Positions 10,594-20,472 of a DNA stretch of 26,205 nucleotides are shown one piece after another. Under the pieces are notes generated by a model. It was not told the DNA's origin. It made no database searches and saw only the letters and a list, made by a program, of their open reading frames with translations. Within the stretch, counting starts at the first letter, position 1; each line of letters opens with the position of its first letter. Both the position numbers and the translations under genes were made by a program. The stretch covers positions 1 through 26,205 of the forward strand of contig NW_021835672.1 in NCBI RefSeq assembly GCF_006345805.1. The letters run 5' to 3'. Source of the stretch: Octopus sinensis (lineage: Eukaryota).

Positions 10594-11027
10594 TTCTATT
10601 CTACGTCATTAAAAAAAGAAAAAAGACTTCATATTTTTCATTTACATTGTTCGATCATCTGGATTTTTTTTTTATTTGCCTCTTCCCTTTTACACTGAAA
10701 GATTTTGTTGTATTTTGACTGAATGAAGGATGGAGTTTTATTAAAATTTCGAGAAATATCTGGCAGAAGATTTATAGATTTCTTTTTGCTAGTTAGTTTT
10801 GTTTGTTTGTTTATTTCCTCCTTCCTTCCCTTCTTTCTTCCTTTCTTTCTTGTTATGCTATTGTTAATCGTTTCTGCGTAGATTGGTTTCTTTACATTCT
10901 ACAAATAGATATTTGTTGGTGCACATATACCTACGAGCAAATATGTATACATATCTGCGCGTATGTATGAATACATACACGCGTGTGTGTGAAAACGTGC
11001 GTGTGTGTATCTCTATAGAAATATACG

Positions 11028-11108
<81 letters not shown>

Positions 11109-11150
11109 ATATTATATCTATATATGATATATATGTGTGTGTGTGTGTGT

Positions 11151-11189
<39 letters not shown>

Positions 11190-11194
11190 TGTGT

Positions 11195-11258
<64 letters not shown>
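11028..11258. repeat. (CTAT)n-(TA)n-(TG)n-(AG)n microsatellites
   Basis: Direct reading. Confidence 0.95.
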
Positions 11259-11449
11259 TGTTTGTGTTGTCTTGTTTGTCACCCCAACATCCGATGATGG
11301 TGCGTTTATGTCCCCTAACCTAGCGGTTCGGCAAAAGAAACTGATAGAATAAGTACTAGGCTTACAAAGAATAAGTCCTGGGTCCAATTTGTTCGACTAA
11401 AGGTGGTGCTCCAGCATGGCAGCAGTCAAATGACTGAAACAAATAAAAT
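11258..11449 (+). mobile_element. Family A SINE, 3' half
   Basis: TAGCGGTTCGGCAAAAGAAACTGATAGAATAAGTACTAGGCTTACAAAGAATAAGTCCTGGG...GCTCCAGCATGGC; similar to 1350-1559. Confidence 0.85.
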
Positions 11450-11450
11450 A

Positions 11451-11460
11451 ATATATATAT

Positions 11461-11496
<36 letters not shown>

Positions 11497-11518
11497 CATG
11501 TATATAACGCACACCACA

Positions 11519-11600
<82 letters not shown>

Positions 11601-11696
11601 ATATATATACATGTATGTATGTATATAACATATATGTATATACTGAAACAGACAGATAGACAGATAGATAGATTGATAGTAGATAGATAGATAGAT

Positions 11697-11771
<75 letters not shown>

Positions 11772-11775
11772 GATA
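11451..11775. repeat. (TA)n-(CA)n-(TA)n-(GATA)n microsatellites
   Basis: Direct reading. Confidence 0.95.
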
Positions 11776-11895
11776 AGGATGTTGATATAGATATAAATGC
11801 ATATATGTGTGGGGTTAGATATGCTTATAACTTGTTGAAATTGAATTTCATCTCACAACATGAGATTATGCCATCGTATAATATATATACATACT

Positions 11896-11965
11896 GTATG
11901 TATGTATGTATGTATGTATGTATGTATGTATGTATGTATGTATGTATGTATGTATGTATGTATGT
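11896..11965. repeat. (TATG)n microsatellite
   Basis: Direct reading. Confidence 0.95.
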
Positions 11966-12315
11966 AGAAGAAAAACGGTGCTGTGTATGGAAAATTGTTT
12001 ATCATTAAGAATTTATGTGGATTTATGTATAAGAGTAAGTGTTGATAGTAAATGGATATTAGAAACCAAATGTGATTGTAGATTTGTGATAGCTTATCAT
12101 TTGAAATAAGCGATGCGAATTTATGTTAGCACTAGAATATAGAAAACTAAATTGAGTGTAATTATTGAAACAATAATTGTGATTGTGTAAATAAGTCAGT
12201 TTCTTTGATTATACATACATGAGACTGGAATGGAAATGTATGAAGGGAATTGGAAGGGAATGAGCGGCACAAACCTGTTTAAATACACTAACTCCAGTAC
12301 CGTAACTTTCAACTA

Positions 12316-12854
12316 TTGGGTTGTCCGGAAAATTTGTGCCGATTATTAAAGGAAAGAAAAATGTCAATAAATATTTGCCATTACATTTTTTATCAACCAA
12401 ATATGAACCATTTTGTTGCACAATGCATCTCCATTTGTCGTTTAACTTGAAAATACCCTCTTCCCAGAATTGAAGTGGTTTCATGGCAAAGAATTCATCA
12501 AGGTATCTTTTTACGTCATCCAAGGAATTGAAATTTTTGCCATTAAGACCATTCTACAGAGACTTGAATAAGTGGAAATCCGAAGGAGCAATATCTGGTG
12601 AATATGGAGGGTGGGGTAACACATTCCAGCCGAGCTCTAGCAATTTTTTTCTGGTTTCCAAAAATCTTCCATTTTAAAGGGTTACAGAATTAATACAGGT
12701 TATAGGAACATAAACCTTCTTCCACGAAAAGATAGCTTAAACTGTGCTCTAAATGGAGATGTAGTCAAATCCTATTTTATGGACTCAGCCATGTTCTAAA
12801 ATAAGTCGAAAGATAAGCTACTATAAATCGGCACGAACTTTCCGGACAACCCAA
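12316..12854 (-). mobile_element. Internally deleted mariner element (539 bp)
   Basis: 29-bp TIRs at 12316-12344 and 12826-12854 (2 mismatches). TA TSD at 12314-12315 and 12855-12856. Confidence 0.95.
12385..12662 (-). pseudogene. Mariner transposase C-terminal remnant
   Basis: LLELGWNVLPHPPYSPDIAPSDFHLFKSL*NGLNGKNFNSLDDVKRYLDEFF...KWRCIVQQNGSY; contains the YSPDxAPxD motif. Confidence 0.9.
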
Positions 12855-12896
12855 TATTTTAACAGAAATAATTGTCCCTTGGACTGTAATTGTAAA

Positions 12897-14190
12897 CGAG
12901 ATGGTATCAAAAGGTTTCCGGACTAGTTATGTTTAATAAAAATATCTTATTTACCTAAGTTTTAACATCACCTTCTTTGAAATAGTCACCTTGCACAGCA
13001 ATATCCCAGCGTTCCTGCCGCTTTTGGAATCTGGCCTGGAAGTCTTTTTCCCTAAGCGAGTCGAGGACTTTCTGCAATTCGCTCTGGGTCTCGACAATGG
13101 TGTTAAAACAGCAGCCTTTGAGCTGCATTTTCATATTGGGGGAAGAGATGGAAGTCCGCAGCTGCTAAATCTGGTGAATAGGACGGCTGCAGAAGCCATA
13201 CCATGTTGTTTTAGCGAAAAAATCAAAAGTGAGGAGAGCTGGATGACGGTGCATTGTCGTCATGAAGAATCCAATCCGTCGCTCTCCATAGATCCGGTCG
13301 CTTTCGGCGAATGTCCTCCCTCGAACGCTTCAAAACGTCGCAGCAGAACTCTCGATTGTCGGTCGGGCTCTGGGGAACGAATTCTCGATGCACAATACCG
13401 TAGATATCGAAAAGAACAAGGGAGCAAGCTATTGATTGAGCTGCTGTGTTGTCGTGCCTTCTTCAGTTGTGGAGATGAATGGCTCTTCCACTGTGACGAC
13501 TGCTGCTTCGTCTCAGGGTCGTACCCGTTGACCCAACTCTCGTCACCGGTGCTGATCGTCGACATGAAGGATGGGTCATCAGCGGCACGCTGACGGTGAC
13601 CTTGATAGACTTCGACGCGATGTTCTTTCTGCTCAGTGGTCAGAAGGCGGGGGACAAACTTGCCAGAGACACGCCGCATGTTCAATCCAGACGTTAGGAT
13701 TGCCTACACGGACCTATACGACAGGCCAACAACATCAGCAATGTCGTCGATTTCCTCCGACGATCTTCACGCACAAGCTGATGAATCTTCTTCCCATTTC
13801 TGGGGGTGACGCTCTTGGCAGGTCTTCAGGATCGCTCATCGTCTTCCAGGCATGTTCTTCGGCTTTTGAAGCGCCCGTGCCACTTGGAACATTGTGTATG
13901 GCCCATTGCCTCATTGCCGTAAGCTTGCCGAAGCATGCTCAATGTCTCTGAGGCAGACTTCCGAAGTTTAACGCAAAATTTCACATTGTATCTTTGTTCC
14001 TATTCATGAGTAAATTGCAAACTATGGCATCACGTGATCACAAAAGAAATCAAATTTCACAACTTGCGAAGTAAACAGTGATGCCACTCGACGACGCACT
14101 GCTTCTTTAAGGTCACTGCGCACGCAGCCGTGTGCTGCCATCTGTTGGCGCGCTACAGAACTAGTCCAGGAACTTTTTGATACCATCTCG
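12897..14190 (-). mobile_element. Full-length decayed mariner element (1294 bp), a different family from its neighbour
   Basis: 32-bp TIRs at 12897-12928 and 14159-14190 (3 mismatches). TA at 14191-14192; the left TSD reads AA. Confidence 0.95.
12975..14000 (-). pseudogene. Mariner transposase pseudogene
   Basis: EQRYNVKFCVKLRKSASET..., KFVPRLLT, TGDESWVNGYDPETKQQS, LHDDNAP and YSPDLAAADFHLF motifs, with several stops and frameshifts. Confidence 0.92.
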
Positions 14191-14559
14191 TATTTTAGAA
14201 AGTAACATTCTATCCGTTAGACATTGGTCTTATTGTGACTCTTTTGAAATTACGAGACAACCAGCATTTCTGTACTTTTTGTAATCATATTTGATGCAGC
14301 AAGATACACCATTTTGGAAGAGTAGTAATGCTAGTTTCATTTTGAAGAAATGACTGTCCAAATATTCATACAATCTGAAATCTAAACTTGAAAAACATCA
14401 ACTACAGACTTAAATGGAAAATAGTTACCTTTAAGCTTTACTCTAGCAACAACAACTACAAAAAATTGTTACCTGAACAACACAAGGGATTTAGGCAAAT
14501 CCCTTTTGTTTAAGAAAAAAACCTCCCTTAACCACAACTAAGGATTCTTTTCATTTTGT

Positions 14560-15290
14560 TCTCATAAAACACGCGAAACACTTGGACACTTTAGACTTTT
14601 CATCTGTTACTGGCAAGTAAAGATTACCAAATTACGTAGAAGCCTTCAAGGGTTAAATAATCATTAATTTTTTAGTCGAACATCTTATTTCAGCTTACTC
14701 GGTAGTTTGAAATTTTATTACTTTATCTGACACTTATCTGTACTTATAAAACTGTCTACCATTTCTTATTTATTCGACTATCGTACTAAAGTGCCAACTG
14801 ACAATCAACGGCAACACTTTATTCTTCTTCATTTATAATTCATAATCTTAAAGTAGATGTACTGACACCTTTTCTATAATGATACTAATTCTCTTTCACA
14901 TTCCAGATTACTAATGTACTAAAACTCTACAAGATACTCTATATTCAACATTATACAGTGATTCCATTTGCCCTCATAAATTTCAGTGAACCCCAACGTT
15001 TCATTAGTAATTTCCAAACCCGTTTCCGATATAAGTAAATTATATTTAGCTCTCTCCATACTTTATCTATGAATAGGACTCTTTAGTCAAACATTATTAC
15101 TTAATCTAATACATTTTACCAAAGATCATTAGCACTTCACATTAATATTTGCCCCTTTTTAGGCATTTAAAATTGCCTTTTAAATCTAAAATCCGCCCAG
15201 ATACGTGACTATTTTCCTAGACTACACTTCATACGATTAGACAATTCGTCAACATATAATCACATATGTACACCATAAAGTAGAGTTGTA
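14560..15290 (-). mobile_element. Possible very old LINE 3' relic
   Basis: Minus-strand TTLLYGVHM* (like PxLLYGxExW) near 15260-15290 and GNLYLPV...CFAC near 14570-14630. Heavily degraded. Confidence 0.25.
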
Positions 15291-15461
15291 AAGTATTTTC
15301 AAATCTATTTTACATCGGACGAAAATTATCTGATAAAGAACTCAAGACACTGGTTTCAATGGTTCGATATAATTTTTCCATATCAAAAACTGATTGTCTT
15401 GTCTGAGTTTCGCCGTTGGCTGCACTGTCAAGTTTTGATATAACATTTATATAATTATAAA

Positions 15462-15518
15462 TGTGTATGTATGTATGTATGTATGTATGTATGTATGTAT
15501 GTATGTATGTATGTAGAG

Positions 15519-15553
<35 letters not shown>

Positions 15554-15575
15554 AGAGAAATGTATGTATGTCTAT
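15462..15575. repeat. (TATG)n-(AG)n microsatellite
   Basis: Direct reading. Confidence 0.95.
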
Positions 15576-16330
15576 CTATCTCTATATGTGTGTATGTGTA
15601 TTTATTCTTGATTAACTTTATCATCCTTCAGCCTCCTCTCACCATTCTCTCCTCCAGTTATTTTTTCTTTCTATTTTGTACCATAAAACACAACTTCTCA
15701 CAGTTTATGATTTACCCTTAACAGACGATACTGAGACAACTAATCCTTAATTAACAAACTGGAGACAATACTAATCTTTTCTTAAAAATCTTAAAAATAT
15801 ACATCCAAAGATTAGATTAGATTACCAATATAAACCTGTCTTTGTTCCGTTACGGCGGTTAATCTTGGCATCAGATTTAACAATAACTTTTTCTTTTCCG
15901 CCGCTTCTCACTTAGAGTAACTCAATGGAAATAAGTTTCGGCCGTGACAACGCACTAATATACGTGTTCAATTTTAGTCTATACATTCAAATGTTCGCTT
16001 GACCCATAAGTTTGTCCTAAAGGTCTCTGCTAGTTTTCATACGTTCCTAAATCCTAGGTTACTCTGGGGGTTAAAAAGATCGGGTGTATGTATCATATAG
16101 TATGAATGAACGCCAGAGAAATGTGTCCTGTATATCACAAGTGTACACAGAACAGAAAGAGCGTTAAGCAACAAACATAATACATTCGATTTCTTTATGA
16201 TTACGATATATATTTATCGTATTCCCTTTTATGACCGTTGAATAAACCGTACCATTCAGTCTCACAATTACTATCTCATTAATCTCTACACTACCCCATG
16301 TTATAACTTCCAAAGATTCAAACAATTACT

Positions 16331-16613
16331 TGGTGGTTAGGGTAATCAGCTGACGATCGTGAAGTCGTGAGTTCGATTCCCGGCAGCACGTTGTATCCTT
16401 GAGCAAGACACTTTATTTCACGTTGCACCAGTCCACTCAGCTGGCAAAAATGAGTCGTACCTAAAATTCAAAGGGCCGGGCTTGTCACATTCCGTGTCAC
16501 GCTGAATCTCCCTGACAACTACGTTAAGGGTTCACCTGTCTGTGGAGTACTCAGCCACTTGCACGTTGACTTCACGAGTAGGCTGTTCCGTTAATCGGAT
16601 CAACTGGATCCCT
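16331..16613 (+). mobile_element. Family C tRNA-derived SINE, slightly truncated at both ends
   Basis: B-box GAGTTCGATTCC and CORE-like CCTTGAGCAAGACACTT. Reverse-complement match to 16941-17220. Confidence 0.9.
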
Positions 16614-16749
16614 TACTTATTATATCGATCTCCGAAAGGGTGAGAGGCAAAGTCGACCTCGGCGACATTTGAAGTCAGAACGTAAAATCGGAAGAAATGC
16701 TGCGGGGCATTTTTCCAGCACCGTAACCATTCTTCCGGCTCGCCGCCTT
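16614..16749 (-). mobile_element. Family B SINE, 3'-truncated, abutting the family C copy
   Basis: GAAAGGGTGAGAGGCAAAGTCGACCTCGGCG...GCTCGCCGCC. Confidence 0.8.
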
Positions 16750-16903
16750 CATTTCCCTTCTAATATAACACGAAATAGAAGGCGCTAATTTTATCAGCCA
16801 ACAAAAATATGCTGATTACCCTACTAATTTGTCTAGCAAATATCTTCTTTAAAAATTCTCCCTTAATATTTTGCAGTAGATTAAACAATACACAACTTTT
16901 ATA

Positions 16904-17240
16904 CTACTAGACTAGGATCACTCCGTCGGTTACGACGACGAGGGTCCCAGCTGATACGATCAACGGAACAGCCTGCTCGTGAAATTAACGTGCAAGTGAC
17001 TGAGCAATCCACAGACACGCGTACCCTTAACGTAGTTCTCGGGGAGATTCAGCGTGACACAAAGTATGACAAGGCCGGCCCTTTGAATTACAGATACAAC
17101 TCACTTTTGCCAGCTGAGTGGACTGGAGCAACGTGAAATAAAGTGTCTTGCTCAAGGACCCAACACGTTACCGGGAATCGAACTCACGACCTTACAATCG
17201 TGAGCCGAATGCCCTAACCACTAAGCCACACGCCTTCACT
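16904..17240 (-). mobile_element. Full-length family C tRNA-derived SINE with 12-bp TSD
   Basis: A-box TGGCTTAGTGG (17218-17228) and B-box GTTCGATTCC (17174-17183). TSD ACAACTTTTATA at 16892-16903 and 17241-17252. Confidence 0.92.
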
Positions 17241-17694
17241 ACAACTTTTATAACACCTACGATATCCACATTTTTTTTTATTCAATCCCCGCATCATAAA
17301 TCTTCATTCTTAAATACACTTACGATCACTTTTGTTAACTACAAAATCACTCGGTAACAACTATGTCTGTTTTCTATTTTGATTTTGTTTCTTTACAGAT
17401 TAAAATAATCAAAAGATTGCTATATCCATTAAGCCATTATTCTCTTACGTATTTCCTCACTGTGTTCTTTATTGGATTTTGTTTCCTGATTATCAGAGAA
17501 ACTAACTTATTTACACAATAACAGCGATTCGATCAATTTAACTTATTGTATCGTTTCCTACTTCGCAATGCTAATAGGAGAATTCCACAAACGCTGTTCT
17601 CGTTGAAGTTTCATGTGCGACGGAACATATAATGGCAGAAAACAGGGACTTGAGAAATCCAGGCGAAGATATAAGTGCGTGCGTGCACGCGCAA

Positions 17695-17705
17695 GTGTGT
17701 GTGTG

Positions 17706-17754
<49 letters not shown>

Positions 17755-17780
17755 CGAGTATGTATGTATGTATATATGTA
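17695..17780. repeat. (TG)n/(TATG)n microsatellite
   Basis: Direct reading. Confidence 0.9.
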
Positions 17781-17846
17781 TTTTCGAGCAGGATATTGCC
17801 GGTTATGACTGGTCAAAAATGTTACTGTCGGTTTCGTGCTTCCAAC

Positions 17847-17908
17847 CAGAATGTCTGATGAGTCGACAAAATGCCAAGTGCCATAGTCGACACAAAACCG
17901 ACATTCTG
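17847..17908 (+). ncRNA. Hammerhead relic
   Basis: CAGAAUGU-CUGAUGA-GUCGAC...GUCGAC-ACAAAACCG-ACAUUCUG. 8-bp stem I and 6-bp stem II, but GAAA and the NUH triplet are damaged. Confidence 0.5.
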
Positions 17909-18068
17909 ATCGGTTATATGGCTATCACCAATATTCACTGTCTGGTGATATAGAAATATAGCCGCTCTATTTCTCACATTGAGTGAGCTTCTGTTCTGAC
18001 TTAACTGCATATATATTATATATATATAATATATATATATATTATATATATATATAGCATGTATGTAT

Positions 18069-18822
18069 CAGTGATCTTGAGATATTTGAAGGCTCTCGGT
18101 GTGAAAGTATAGAAGCTCTTGTGTTAAAGCAAATGCTCAGATGGAGTGGTCATCTGGTCAAGATGAAAGATTCAAGGATGCCAAAACAACTCTTTTATGG
18201 AGAGTTAGCTAAAGGAGAACGACCTCCACATAAACCAAAAAAGAGGTATAAAGACTTGCTGAAGGCTTCCTTGAAACTTGCTAGCATCTCTCCTGACACA
18301 CGGGAGGGCATAGCTATTGATAGTAGCAGGTGGAGAAGGATTGTGCACGAGGGGACAGTTACTTTTGATAAATCTTGAGTTACGCATGAGAAAGTAAACA
18401 GGGATGTCAGGAAGGGCATCGCTGTTGCACTTCCAGACGATATGGGTCTTTCTATGATGCTGACATGCAGTGTCTGGGCAAAACCCTGCTCAGTAAAACT
18501 GGACTCAAGATTCATCTTCGTAGTCATAAAGCGAGACCGATGACTGACAACCAGGCCGCTGGTGGTAGTGCTACACACCATACTAATCATATCTGTCAGG
18601 TATGTGGAAGGGAGTGTGATTCGACGGGAGGACTTAAACGACATGCAAAGGTACATGAAGCCCAATTACAACTACAGCCGGCTATTGCCAGTAATGATTT
18701 TAGCTGCCAATTCTGTCCAAGACATTGTAGAGCTTTAGCTGGGTTAAAAAGTCACATTCGATCACAGCGCCAGTAACAGTTAAGCCTCATGCAATGGCCA
18801 TACTCGATAACGAAGGGGCATC
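18069..18822 (+). mobile_element. 5'-truncated RTE-type LINE with C-terminal triple C2H2 zinc finger and (ATGT)n tail
   Basis: SIEALVLKQMLRWSGHLVKMKDSRMPKQLFYGEL..G.R....PKKRYKD..K...RWR is the RTE thumb signature. TGA at 18376 and a 1-bp deletion near 18476, then CX2CX12HX3H fingers, stop at 18776 and a short 3' UTR. Confidence 0.88.
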
Positions 18823-18899
18823 ATGTATGTATGTATGTATGTGTGTATGTATGTATGTATGTATGTATGTATGTATGTATGTATGTATGTTTGTATGTG

Positions 18900-18952
<53 letters not shown>

Positions 18953-18993
18953 GTAATGTATGTATGTATGTATGTATGTATGTATGTATGTAT
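18823..18993. repeat. (ATGT)n-(TA)n-(ATGT)n microsatellite
   Basis: Direct reading. Confidence 0.95.
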
Positions 18994-19143
18994 ACCAGAG
19001 TAAGCACATATAGGTGAAACAAGGTTGAAAAAATAGTACTCAAATACCGGAAGTAGAGTAATATGCTTTATTAATACAACTGCAAAGACATCACAAAAAC
19101 TGTTACTCAGAATCCCACGTCCCCGTTCGTCGGACTGTCCGAC
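18991..19143 (-). mobile_element. Probable Penelope-like terminal fragment with degenerate hammerhead-variant motif (19100-19137)
   Basis: Minus strand CAGU-CCGACGA-ACG(GGGA)CGU-GGGAUUCUGAGUA-ACAG; GAAA is mutated. Confidence 0.45.
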
Positions 19144-19186
19144 TAACCACAACGATGAGCTCACTTCGAGTACGACCAAATCGACG

Positions 19187-19270
19187 GACCCTGATATAGC
19201 TGCACCGGTAATATTGCAAGGCTGCATTTGCAACAGGGAATAGTCACAGCAGCGGAAACACGTGTCGGTC
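19187..19270 (+). ncRNA. Type-I hammerhead relic with palindromic helix III
   Basis: GACC-CUGAUAU-A-GCUGC...GCAGC-G-GAAAC(ACGU)GUC^GGUC. Stem I GACC/GGUC, stem II GCUGC/GCAGC; core CUGAUGA is altered to CUGAUAU. Confidence 0.6.
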
Positions 19271-19384
19271 ATTATGATATGCTGCATATAACTATAAAAT
19301 AAATTTTGTAGATGTACAAGTCTCAATGCCATTTATTATTATTAATATATATACATACATACATGCATACATACACACACACTC

Positions 19385-19387
<3 letters not shown>

Positions 19388-19464
<77 letters not shown>
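19388..19464. repeat. (GATA)n microsatellite
   Basis: Direct reading. Confidence 0.95.
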
Positions 19465-19465
<1 letters not shown>

Positions 19466-20145
19466 ATCCTATATACGAAGATATTACTTTTTATTCCTCC
19501 CCAAACTTCATGCGCTCATATTTGTAGCAAATAAATCCGTATTCATTCCTAATTTGCATCGTATATGTTTTATCGAGATTTTCTTTTGCATAATCACCGA
19601 AACTAATTTATTCATACAATAAGAATGATTCTCTCAATTGCATTCAATACATTTTTCCTCTATTATAATGCTAATATAGCGTTACATAATTTTATTTTTC
19701 TAACGATAAAGAACACCAGTTAATTTACAATACCGTGTCTCTTCTATATACTATTAACCATTATAATTCACACATATTTGACACCAAAACACGTTTTATT
19801 ATCCGCGAGATTATATCCTTTGCACAATTACCTTATAAGGACATAATGTTTTTAATTATCTCCGCTGAGAAAATTCTTTGATTCGTTTTCTTTTATTCTA
19901 AAAGCCACACAACTGTCATTTCGTCAAATACAATTCTCATTTATTTAATAATGCTTACCGACATATATACTTATCGTTTGTCGTTAAGCTGTACCCCACT
20001 CGCATATATCATCTCTAAGGGTTCCGAATCAATAAAAAGACGATTCTTGAATCCGTATTCATCATATATAGTTTAAATGTGTTATATACCCTACAATCAG
20101 AGATCATAGATTTATACACCCTTTTACTGTGTCCTAGCTTTGTAT

Positions 20146-20441
20146 TGATGGGCGCTCGACCGCTAGAGGTAGCCGCAACTCATCTCCCCGCCAGTGATAT
20201 ATAGAAAAACAGTGTTGGAACAGGCGCTGGTGTCACTATTAACCAGTGAGCTTGTTAAATTATCTATATTAGCGACAGAGCCAGTATTAATATCGAAAGG
20301 TAATATTTATTCCAACACAAACGTGGATGTTTTGTTAAAACTAGTTAATCGCGACACCAGCGCCTGTTCTTACACCGTTTCTCTATATAATGCTGACGCG
20401 GAGATAAGTTACGTCTCTCTTCAGCAGTCGAGCGTCCATCA
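20146..20441. repeat. Foldback element: 102-bp inverted arms (20146-20247, 20340-20441) around a 92-bp spacer
   Basis: TGATGGGCGCTCGAC...GAACAGGCGCTGGTGTC...ATTAACCAGT pairs with ACTAGTTAAT...GACACCAGCGCCTGTTC...GTCGAGCGTCCATCA. Confidence 0.9.
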
Positions 20442-20472
20442 TTGACGAGACCAATGGAGGTCGAAATCACGT

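Noticed and set aside
12991-13951. Plus-strand 200-aa and 126-aa ORFs
   Set aside because: Antisense shadows of the mariner transposase pseudogene.
15381-15440. Further hammerhead candidate on the minus strand (TATCAAAACT stem, GCC-AAC-GGC-GAAAC)
   Set aside because: No CUGANGA core and no convincing helix III; at best a very old relic.
17165-17237. tRNA gene (also 16331-16385 and 21783-21850)
   Set aside because: A and B boxes are present but the acceptor stem is incomplete and the sequence continues into a SINE body.
18465-18776. Stand-alone host C2H2 zinc-finger gene
   Set aside because: Contiguous with the RTE RT-thumb frame, no TGEKP linkers, and followed by a LINE-type 3' end.
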